From: an uncultured archaeon
GTDB taxonomy: Archaea > Thermoproteota > Nitrososphaeria > Nitrososphaerales > Gagatemarchaeaceae
NCBI GenBank assembly: GCA_963799775.1
Contig: CAWCYD010000003.1
Coordinates: 352,001-416,000, forward strand
Direction: 5' to 3'
DNA: 64,000 nt
Shown here: positions 53,733-62,839 of the stretch, piece by piece
How positions within the stretch are numbered: the stretch's first letter is position 1
Layout: each line of letters begins with the position of its first letter
Program-made: the position numbers and the translations under genes
Notes under the pieces: model-generated
Told to the model about the DNA's origin: nothing
The model's database searches: none
Seen by the model: only the letters and a program-made list of their open reading frames with translations

Positions 53733-54820
53733 ATGCGGTCGGTTTTACGGCTCGTCGCATCTGCGCTGAAATAGGTCAGGATCATTTCTATTCACGAAGA
53801 CCTCCGGCAAAGACTTGGCGCAGATCGTAGGACTCTGGCTGGCAGAAGGCGATCACAAGACATTACGTGAGGTCACCTTCACCAACAATGACTCGAAACT
53901 CATAACCTTCTTTCACCACGTTCTTTGGGAGCACTTTACGCCACGTAACCCGCCAAGAGTCTACGTCTACCGACCGTCCAAGGATGCAACCTTCGACCGT
54001 CCGGTAATGGGCGCAGTTTACAGGTATTACATTGACCGACGGGCCAATGTGCCGTATTACATCTACAGAGTCTCTGGAGTTGAATTAGCGAGAATCTTGA
54101 GAAGAACCTCGCAGACGATATGCGCTGATTCGTCCAATTATCGGGGAATACTTCAGGGGTTCTTTGCCGGAGAAGGCAATATCAAGGAAACCATTGCTCA
54201 TTATTCGAGAGTGCTTAGAATCGCTCAAGGTAAGAGACTCGCTATTCTTGAGCGGATCTTGCGCTTTTTGAGTGTGAAGTTCAGCTACAAGCTGTCAGAA
54301 AGCTCCTACGTAATTTCGGGTCGAGACAACTTGGAAAAGCTATGGAGCATCGGCGTAAGCGAACTGCATTCGAAGAAGCACGCAAAATTTGCTGCTATGA
54401 TGTCCTCGTACCAACAATATCATTATCGACGAGGCTATCTCAGTGCTCGAATATTAGAGATCCTTTCGTTGCCCTTGACTACTCGCCAAATTGCCACCCG
54501 AGTGAATCGGGGTAAATCAAGGGTAAATCATCTATTGACTGCGCTCTGCCGGAAAGGCGAAGTCGAAATGTTCAAGGTTAGAAGCTCATATTATTGGGTA
54601 AGGAGCGACCAACAATGCGTAATAATCTCTAAGGAGAAGTCCACGATTCTAGAAGCGCTCTCCTGTCCTCGGCGACTATCGGAGATCGCCAAGGGCCGTC
54701 AACCGCACCGAGAAGTCAGTTTCCCATAGACTTGCAGAGTTGAACAGGCTCGGTCTTGTCATGAAAGCAAACTCTAATTGGCGAGCAATCGAGGTATCGA
54801 AGCGGGTGATTGTCAAATAA
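53733..54820 (+). CDS. free-standing double-motif LAGLIDADG endonuclease with two C-terminal wHTH domains (frameshift ~54692; start 53733 or 53815)
   Basis: IVGLWLAEGD and ILQGFFAGEGN motifs, FTNND block; LTTRQIATRVNRGKSRVNHLL and RRLSEIAKAVNRTEKSVSHRL after correction; AT-richer than flanks. Confidence 0.85.
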
Positions 54821-55496
54821 CGCTCATCGGTGGGGTCGATGAGGCCGGGAGAGAGCACGACGAAAAGTCGTCTCCCCGCGAGGCTGCGTACTCGGCCCGC
54901 TCGCGGTCGCAGGCGTCTCAATAGAATCATCTAGGCTGCAGGAACTCTCTGAGCTGGGGGTCAAGGACTCGAAGCTCCTCTCACCCAGCCAGCGGGACTC
55001 CCTCTACCCGGAGATCAAGAGAATCTGCAAGGGCGTCGAAGTCTCCTGCATCCCCCCGAAGATGATCGACCGATACGTCAGCAGGGGCAAGAAGTACAGG
55101 CGCCTCAACTACCTCGAGACCATCCACATGGCGAAGGTCATCGACGCGCTCTGCGTCGACGAGGTATTCGTCGACGCTCCGGACGTCAACCCGCCGAGGT
55201 TCACGATGGAGCTCGCCGAGCTGCTCACCACGACCCCACGGATAGTCGCCGAGCACAAGGCGGACGTCAACTACGCGGTCGTCTCCGCCGCCTCGATAAT
55301 CGCGAAGGTGGAGAGGGACCTCGAGGTCGCTGCGCTCAGGGAGATCCACGGCGACTTCGGCTCAGGCTACCCCTCGGACCCTGACACGATAGCCTTCCTG
55401 GAATCATGGGTGAAGAGGCAGAGCTCGCAGCCCGAGTTCGCCCGCAAGAGCTGGAAGACGTGGGAGAGGATAGTCCCGCTCCCCACCCTCGACTAG
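54817..55496 (+). CDS. rnhB: ribonuclease HII, interrupted by a 29-nt candidate intron (exons 54817-54851, 54881-55496)
   Basis: TLIGGVDEAGR|GCVLGPLAVAG, VKDSKLL, VDA, EHKAD, VSAASIIAKV.RD, GSGYPSD. Confidence 0.93.
54852..54880 (+). other. 29-nt bulge-helix-bulge intron in rnhB mRNA
   Basis: Central helix CGGG/CCCG, bulges AGA and CGA, intron stem GAG(C)ACGAC/GTCGTCTC; removal gives GCC GGG AGA GGC. Confidence 0.85.
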
Positions 55497-56170
55497 TCAG
55501 CTCAGAAGCGCCGAGATCAGCGCGTGGTCCTTGTCGAACGGATGGAGGTCGACCACGCGCTCGACGACGAAACCAGCGTCCCTCAGCTTCTGGGCCTCTT
55601 CCTTGAAGACCAGCGAGGGCTCCTTCAGCTGGTCTATGCTCCTCGCTTTGACGATGAGCAGGATCCTGCCGCCCTTTCTGAGATGCCTCTTCGCGTTCGT
55701 TATCGCGATCTCGGTCTGGTCCCTCTGCGCGATGTCGCAGTAGAGCACGTCCATCTTCCCGAAGCCACCGAAGCTCCCGGTCTCCCTTGCGTCAGAGATG
55801 AAGGGTATGACATTGGGCCTCGCCTTCGCCACCTTCTCGATGAACTCTCTGCCCACGCGGGCGGAGAGCTCCACCCCAACAACCATCCCGCCCTCGCCGA
55901 CGATGTCCGAGACGTGCGAGATTGTCGTGCCCGTCGAGGCACCGAGATATACGGCACCTTGTCCCCGATGCTTATGACATCGGGAGAGACCGCGCCCTTG
56001 AGTATGCCCCCCGCGAGCTTGCTGCGGTAGGGGTCCCATGCCCTGTACTCGCTGCCGTGTATCTTGACGAGGTCTTCGTCATACGCCGTGCGGCCTGGGA
56101 CGAGATTTCTTGTGAAAACCTTTCTCCTTCCCGGCTCCCGGCCTTCCATAACGAGGACGTTGCTTGCCAT
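55497..56170 (-). CDS. flpA: fibrillarin rRNA/tRNA 2'-O-methyltransferase, frameshift ~55950
   Basis: EYRAWDPYRSKL, YLGASTGTTISHVSD, DIAQRDQ, KARSID. Confidence 0.93.
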
Positions 56171-57315
56171 CGCGCCGGAACTCTCTTCGTTGTTCGGGTC
56201 GGGGCGCGGGTGGTTCCTTATACTTTATCCTGATTTCATTTAGTCTCTTCTCCAACAGGCCCGTGAGCTCCCCCGCCTTCTCTCCCCTGAAGTAGTCGAT
56301 CCTCGCTGCGATGGCAATCTTGTTCGCCAACGTGCGCGCGATCTTCCCTCTCTGCCATTTGGGCGCCGTGTGGACCGCCTCGTGCTGGAAGAGTATCCCG
56401 TGCTTCGGAGGCCTGGAGCCTGTCCTTATCGCCCTGAAGAGCGCCTTCTCAGCCCCCAGGACCTGGATCGTGCTGGCCGGAAGCCTGGCCATGCGCTCCA
56501 GCCCTCCCGCCCTGGCGATCAGCCTCGCCCCTATCGTCGCCCCCGCGACCGCGGTGACGTTGGGGGCGATCTTGTTCATCGTAGACTCCACCGTCTCGGC
56601 GAGCCTCTCCCTCTCCGCTGCTGTCTTGACCGCGAGCTCGGCCAGACCGACGATGCGGCGCATGTCCTTGTCTGAGATGCTGCCCCCCTTCGAGCGCTCG
56701 GCAGCGAGCACGATCGCCTCGGCCTTCTTGTCGCCGAACCCTTGCTTCTCGAGGGTCTCCTTGTCGAAGGTGCCCCGCTTTCCGATGTCTATGATCAGCT
56801 TGGCCAGCGCCAAGTTGTCTTTCAGGATGTCTTGAAGCTCAGGGAAATGCAGGCTGTACCACTCCATGGTCCTCTCGGTCGTGATGTTGAGGAACCGGTC
56901 CAGCTCGTCGAGGGCCTGTATCGCGTTGACGAGATGTATGGTCCTCTTTGGAGGAGGCCTCGCTCACCTCCTTCTCCGCCGCGGCTATGGCCCGCGCGCG
57001 AGTGCTCTCAAACGCGCTCTTGGCGTCGGACGCCAGACCCGCCTTTGCAATGATTTCGAACTTCCGCGAGTCCAGCTCGTCGCGCTCGTCGTCCGTTATA
57101 ATCGAGGTCTCGATCCCGAACTCTTCCATCTTCTCCTTCGCGGGCAGGCTCGACACCTTCAGCCGCCCGATGCCCTTCTTCTTGACCCCCTCCGCCACCC
57201 TGCGCAGGTAATCCTCTGCTCCGCCCTCCTTGCCCGACTTTTCCGAGAGGATGATGTCGTCGCCCTGCACGACCACGAAGCCGGCTTCGGTCTCGTAGAG
57301 GATGGGCTCGGCCAA
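56079..57315 (-). CDS. nop5: C/D box RNP protein Nop5/Nop56, frameshift ~56941
   Basis: EWYSLHFPEL, APN, PASTIQVLGAEKALF, PKHG, RGKIAR. Confidence 0.93.
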
Positions 57316-57403
57316 GAAAAATTCGATTGATGCACCCTCAGGGCACGGATAAAGGTTGTCGCCAATGCGCATTGCTGCTTATTAGCGGAACCCACTTCTC
57401 CAG

Positions 57404-57986
57404 ATGTTGGAGTACCGCTGCGAGTACTGCGGGGCAGTCTTCGCGGGAAAGAGGCAAGTTATCGGTCACAAGGTAGGCAAACACATCAAAGTAACCTCGT
57501 TTGCAGAACGCGAAGATCAAGCTCGATGGGTTGACTGAACGTCAGATAGGATACATCGCGGCTTTCTTGGACGGCGAAGGCGGCATTCAAATCACTAGGA
57601 CGACAAGAAAGGACAGGGAATACACCATAGCCCTCCATCCTTGCGTCTACTTTACCAACACGAATCGCGAAGTAATCGAGACGTTGAGGAGGTGGTTCTC
57701 CGCAGGATGTGTCGTGACCGCCAAGGCAAACAAGGAAGGCCACAAGCCAACCCATGTCCTTCACATCACAGGGACGAGGAACATCGTCTCCCTCCTTACA
57801 GTCGTCAGGCCATGCCTCATAGTCAAAGCGAAACAGGCCGACACCATGTTACAATTTTGCAAGAGCCGCCTCACTCACAACGCCGGAAAGGACCGAAGAT
57901 ATACCGAAGAGGAATTATCATTATATATGACTCTCAAAGCACTGAACGAGAGAGGTGTAAAGAAACGCCAACACACGGAAGTCTAA
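57404..57986 (+). CDS. free-standing single-motif LAGLIDADG endonuclease with N-terminal C2H2 zinc finger (1-nt frameshift ~57500)
   Basis: MLEYRCEYCGAVFAGKRQVIGHKVGKH, then YIAAFLDGEGGIQI...FTNTN...PCLIVKAKQA; TATA-like CTTATTA ~25 nt before ATG. Confidence 0.85.
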
Positions 57987-58148
57987 CGAAGGCGGGGAAA
58001 TGCCAAATGGCACCCTTTAGTCCGCGGTCAGACCCCCAAGATAGAAGGCAAACCGCACAAGGGTAAGATCCCCAAAGTGAGGAACACCCGGACCTTCGTC
58101 AAGAGATTCACACTAAAGAGAAAGCCCGGACAGAATTGGAGACTTTAG
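57965..58148 (+). CDS. rps30e: 30S ribosomal protein S30e, interrupted by a 19-nt candidate intron (exons 57965-57999, 58019-58148)
   Basis: Spliced product (M)[53 protein letters not shown]; absent from the ORF track. Confidence 0.92.
58000..58018 (+). other. 19-nt bulge-helix-bulge intron in rps30e mRNA
   Basis: Exon stem GGC/GTC, central helix GGGG/CCCT, bulges AAA and TTA, intron stem TGCC/GGCA; removal gives GGG AAA GTC. Confidence 0.85.
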
Positions 58149-59765
58149 ACTCCGATTCTTTCTCGGACGGAGAGGCCGCGGCTACAGAGTGGCTAGTCGC
58201 CTCTATCCTCTCCGGCGAGATCTCTTCCCGCCAGCAACTGGAGAGAGCAAAGAAAGTCGCCGCCCGGGATTTTCACCTCGGCCGCTTTCTTACCAACTCC
58301 GAGATTTACCTCGCCCTCGAGCCCAACGATCGCGAGGGAAGGAAGGAGCTGTTCCGGGTCCATCCTCGCCGGAGCGCCTCCGGAATAGTCATCGTGACCG
58401 TCTTCACGGCGCCAGCAAACTGCCCTCACGGGACGTGCACCTACTGCCCGGGCGGGCCGAGCGTCGGCACACCACAGAGCTACGTGCCCGACGGTCCCAG
58501 CATGCGCGGGGCCCGGAGCGTCGGCTTCGACCCCTATCTGCAGGCGCAGAAGATGCTGAAGAAGTACCTCGACAGAGGACATGAGGCGTCAAAGGTCGAG
58601 CTGATGGTCGAGGGAGTGCACCTTCCTCGCCATGCCGAGAGAATACCAGGAGTGGTTCCTCAAGCGGGCCTTCGACGGCCTGAACTGCGCCCCGTCTCCG
58701 TCTCCTTCCCTAGAGCAGGCGCACTCGACGAACGAGTCCGCAGACTATAGGTCCGTTGGATTGACGATCGAGACCAAGCCCGACTGGTGCAGACCTGAGC
58801 ACGTGGACATGCTCCTCTCATATGGGGTGACCAAGGTGGAGATAGGGGTCCAAGCGCTTCGAGACGAGATCCTGACAAGGAGCAACCGCGGCCACGGCGT
58901 CCAGGACACGCTCGATGCGTTCCAGGTGGCGAGGGACGCCGGCCTGAAGGTCACTGCCCACATGATGCCTGGCCTTCCGGGCTCGAACCCCGAGGACGAC
59001 CTAGCCGACCTGCTCAGGCTCTTCGAGGACGACGCCTTGCGCCCGGACATGATGAAGCTCTATCCTACCACGGTCGTGAAGGGGACGGCCCTCGCGAGGA
59101 TGTGCGAGGCGGGCCGGTACACGCCCTATGACCTTGAGACGGTGGTGAACCTGATCGCGGAGATGAAAGTCCACGTCCCCGCCTGGCACCGGATAATGAG
59201 GATCCAGAGAGAGATACCAGAGGCTGACATAGCGGCGGGAAGCAAGGCTGGCAACCTCCGGGAGATGGTCTTGGCCAAGCTGCGGGCAGACGGGCACACA
59301 TGCGGTTGCATCAGGTGCAGGGAGGTGGCGATGGACTCGCCTTCAGACCTAGACGAGGCGTCGCAGGGCGAGCTGGTCATCCGGAACCAGAGCTACCGCG
59401 CCTCAGGGGGGACGGAAGTCTTCTGCACGTACGAGTTCAGCAACTCCAGGAAACTGGCTGGTTTCATCCGCATGCGGGCTCCCTCGGCCGAGGCACACAG
59501 GCCCGAGATGGCAGACCATCAAGTGTGCATAGTCCGCGAGCTCAAGGTCTACGGGCGCGTCGTCTCGGTCGGATCCAGGGACGCTGCTGCCTTCCAGCAC
59601 CGAGGGCTCGGTCACTCGCTGCTCGAGGAGATGGAAGAGGAGGCGAGGCGAAGCTTCGACGCCCGCAGGTTGCTCGTGATGAGCGCCGTTGGAACCAGGA
59701 ACTACTACAGGAAGTTCGGGTACGAGAGGTCGGGGCCTTACATGGCAAAGGCGCTCGCGTCCTAA
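58136..59765 (+). CDS. elp3: tRNA U34 carboxymethylation radical-SAM/GNAT enzyme Elp3, frameshift ~58617
   Basis: CPHGTCTYCPGG, ETKPD, HMMPGLPG, RIQREIP, VRELKVYG, QHRGLG. Confidence 0.93.
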
Positions 59766-59793
59766 GGAAGACGAAGGAGTCCCGACCTCACGC

Positions 59794-60465
59794 TTGATCA
59801 TCGGCAACTGCAGGTTCGCCGACGATGTCTTGTATGACCCGTCCATCGGCACGTGGGTGCGTTTCTCGCGGGCTTCACAAGGAGCGACTGTCGGAATAGA
59901 CACCATATTCGCCTGGCTGATGGGCCGGGTCACGTCTGTCTCTTTCAAGCCAACGGGGGGCGTGATAGAGCGAGGGAAGGCGCTGGGGGCGGTCGAGAGC
60001 GCGCGCCACTTCGACGTCGTGAGGGCTCCGATAAGCGGCAGGATCCTCGCGGTGAACGACGAGCTCGCAGGGAACCCGAGATTGCTCAATCACGACCCGT
60101 ACGGCGAGGGCTGGTTTGCGAAGCTCGAGCCGCTAGAGGGAGCCGCGGTCGCGGGAGTAGAGCCTCCGGAGGCGGCGAGGCCAGCGCTCGAGGCGAAGAT
60201 TGCCGAGCTCAAGATAAGATGCTTCGCCGAGTACCCGGACCAGGAGATGTACGAGATAGGGACCGAGTGCTCGGCCGTGCTCGTCAGGCTGGACGAGCTC
60301 CTGTCTGGCTCCAAGGTCGGGACAGTCGTCCACCTCGTGTCTGATGATCCCTCCTCGCAGGTCGAGATGGTCGGGTGGGCTGACCGGACGGGAAACGCCC
60401 TCCTGGAGACCCGCAGGGAGGACAAGCTGGTGCACTACATCGTGAAGAAAACCGGTGAGAGGTGA
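59794..60465 (+). CDS. GcvH/lipoyl-domain-like protein fused to a C-terminal TusA/SirA-like domain
   Basis: TVGID, GAVESARHF..APISG.I.AVN, N.DPYGEGW; then GTECSAVL...VSDDPSSQVEMVGWADRTGN. Confidence 0.8.
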   Translation: MIIGNCRFADDVLYDPSIGTWVRFSRASQGATVGIDTIFAWLMGRVTSVSFKPTGGVIERGKALGAVESARHFDVVRAPISGRILAVNDELAGNPRLLNHDPYGEGWFAKLEPLEGAAVAGVEPPEAARPALEAKIAELKIRCFAEYPDQEMYEIGTECSAVLVRLDELLSGSKVGTVVHLVSDDPSSQVEMVGWADRTGNALLETRREDKLVHYIVKKTGER

Positions 60466-60472
60466 ACCGATC

Positions 60473-61330
60473 CTACGGCTTCTCTACTGGCGTCCCTACA
60501 GAGTTACCCCACTCCGTCCAAGAACCGTCGTAGTTCTTGACGTTGGGGTAGCCCAGCAGGTACTTCAGCACGAACCAGCTGTGGGACGACCTCTCGCCGA
60601 TCCTGCAGTATGTGATGATCTCCTTGTCCGAGGTCACTCCCTTTGGGAAGTATAGGGCCTCGATGTCCTTGCGGGACTTGAATGTCCCGTCCGCATCGTT
60701 CACGGTCTGCGCCCAAGGGATGTTCCTCGCGCCGGGGATGTGGCCGCCCCTCTGGGCGTGCTCGGTAGGATACTCGGGCGGAGCCAATATTTCGCCGCTG
60801 AACTCCTTGGGGCCTCTCACGTCAACGAGGACCTTGTCGCCCAGCCTCAGGCCTTGCAGGACGTATTCCTTGAAGACCCTCAGAGATGGATCGGGCTTGC
60901 CGACCTTGTACTCAGTCCTCTGGGGTGTCGGCACGTCCTTTGTGACCGGCTTGTCCTCGAGGAGCCACTTCTTCCTCCCGCCGTTCATTAGCTTGACCTT
61001 CTCCACGCCTCTGTACTTGAAGGCCCAGAAAGCAAACGTGGCGAACCAGTTGTTGAAGTCGCCGTAGAGCACGAGCCATGTGTCGCTTCCGATGCCCGCG
61101 GAGCTGAACAGGGCCTCCAGTTGCTCCTTGCTCAGGACGTCACGTTGGGTGGGGTCGTTGATGTCCCTCTTCCAGTCAAACAGCACCGCCCCAGGAATGT
61201 GACCAGTGCCATAGTTGGCGGCCGGGTCGTAATCGACCTCGGCGATTCTGACGTTCGGATCCTTGTGGTGCTGCAGAACCCATCCAGTGTCCACAAGCAC
61301 TTCAGGATGTGCGTATTCGACGGCGCTCAT
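60473..61330 (-). CDS. tandem-domain rhodanese/sulfurtransferase
   Basis: GHIPGA x2, YCRIGERSS active loop, YDGSWTEWG. Confidence 0.94.
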   Translation of the reverse strand: MSAVEYAHPEVLVDTGWVLQHHKDPNVRIAEVDYDPAANYGTGHIPGAVLFDWKRDINDPTQRDVLSKEQLEALFSSAGIGSDTWLVLYGDFNNWFATFAFWAFKYRGVEKVKLMNGGRKKWLLEDKPVTKDVPTPQRTEYKVGKPDPSLRVFKEYVLQGLRLGDKVLVDVRGPKEFSGEILAPPEYPTEHAQRGGHIPGARNIPWAQTVNDADGTFKSRKDIEALYFPKGVTSDKEIITYCRIGERSSHSWFVLKYLLGYPNVKNYDGSWTEWGNSVGTPVEKP

Positions 61331-61512
61331 ATTTTTGAACCGCGATTATTCTCTATATTAATACGATTGTCCAAGATATTCTTTCTAGAATGCAGGAAGG
61401 GCGTGCGAAGAGAGGCCTGAGCCTGGCTAGCTCGCCCGGCCTTTCGTAGGCGCCGAACCCGAACGGGGCCTCAAAACTTTATGCCGTCCGCGTCGGGAGC
61501 GAAAGCCACCAA

Positions 61513-62833
61513 ATGGCAGCGCCTTCTGGATATCGGGGACCTTCAGCCAAATTTCTAGAGAAGGCTGGGGTGACGATCGGGGACGTCCTAGAGGTCACCA
61601 CAGGAGACCAGAAGATCAAGGGGACCCTCGTGCCCCGATACGAGCACGACGACGACAGACACATCGTGATCAAGCTCAGGAGCGGGTACAACGTCGGCAT
61701 CGCCGTCGAGAAGATCACCGGCGTCGCCCGGATCGCCAAGGGAGAGGCCCCGAGGTTCGTCGCCCCCCCAAGCGCCGTCTCGAGCGACCTGCCCAAGGTC
61801 TCGATCCTCGGGACCGGCGGGACGATCGCGAGCCGTGTCGACTACAGGACCGGAGCGGTTCACCCTGCGACCACTTCGGAGGAGCTATACTCGCTCTTCC
61901 CCGAGCTCTCAGAGATCGCATCTATCACGCCTGAGATAGTCCTGAGCGTCTACAGCGAGAACCTCGAGCCTTCGCACTGGGAGGTCATAGCGAAGAAGGT
62001 CTCCGATGTCGTCTCCAAGGGAGTCTCCGGGGTGATCTTGACGATGGGGACGGACACGATGGGATACACCGCCGCGGGCCTGAGCTTCGCCCTCAGGGGG
62101 CTGCCGGTCCCCCTCTTCATAGTGGGGTCGCAAAGGTCGTCTGACAGGCCCTCGTCGGACGCGTTCCTGAACCTCATAGGCGCGGCGAACCTAGCCGTGA
62201 AGGCCGACTTTTCAGGCGTGTTCGTCGCCATGCACGCGGACTCGAGCGACGAGAGGATCGCCATCCATCGGGGCACCAGAGTCCGGAAGAACCACACCAG
62301 CTCGAGAGACGCTTTCGAGTCGATGGGCGTGGAGCCGGTGGGGTACTGGTCTCGTCTCGGATTCATTCCAACGGCTCACGACCCGCCTCCACCCCGAGGC
62401 AAGCCGAGCAGCTTCGTCGCCATGCCCAAGTTCGACCAGCGCGCGGCGCTCGTGAAGTTCTATCCTTCGATGTCGACCGGGTACCTCGAGGCCTTGCTGG
62501 GGTCGGGCCTGAAGGGGGTCGTCTTCGAGGGGACAGGCCTGGGTCACATCAACAGCAAGAACATCGAAGTGGTGAAGCGGTTCATCGACGATGGCGGCGT
62601 GGCTTGCATGACGTCGCAATGCCTCTGGGGGAGGGTCGACATGAACGTCTACGACACCGGAAGGGGCACTCCTCAGGGCCGGAGTCCTGAGCCTGGAAGA
62701 CACGCTCCCGGAGGCGGCCGTCGCGAAGCTGATGTGGGCGCTGGCCAACTCGCAGTCGAAGGACGAGGTCCAGAAGATGATGCAGACGAACCTGGCCGGG
62801 GAGATGAGCGCCAGGAGCATCCTGAGGGAGTAG
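61513..62833 (+). CDS. gatD: Glu-tRNA(Gln) amidotransferase subunit D, frameshift ~62664
   Basis: KLRSGYNVG, GTGGTIASRVDYRTG, GTDT, GSQRSSDRPSSD, EGTGLGH; shifted tail KLMWAL...NLAGE. Confidence 0.95.
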
Positions 62834-62839
62834 AGCCGC

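Noticed and set aside
53733-54820. Intein within rnhB or the NTPase
   Set aside because: No splicing motifs; it has its own stop and is not in frame with either neighbour.
57395-57975. Endonuclease gene lying inside one large BHB intron joining AT(57404-05) to G-CCA of rps30e; TGTTGG/CCAACA complementarity noted
   Set aside because: The required central helix (CCAG vs AGAA) does not pair, so there is no canonical BHB. No enclosing BHB was found around 53733-54820 either. RNA data could still test it.
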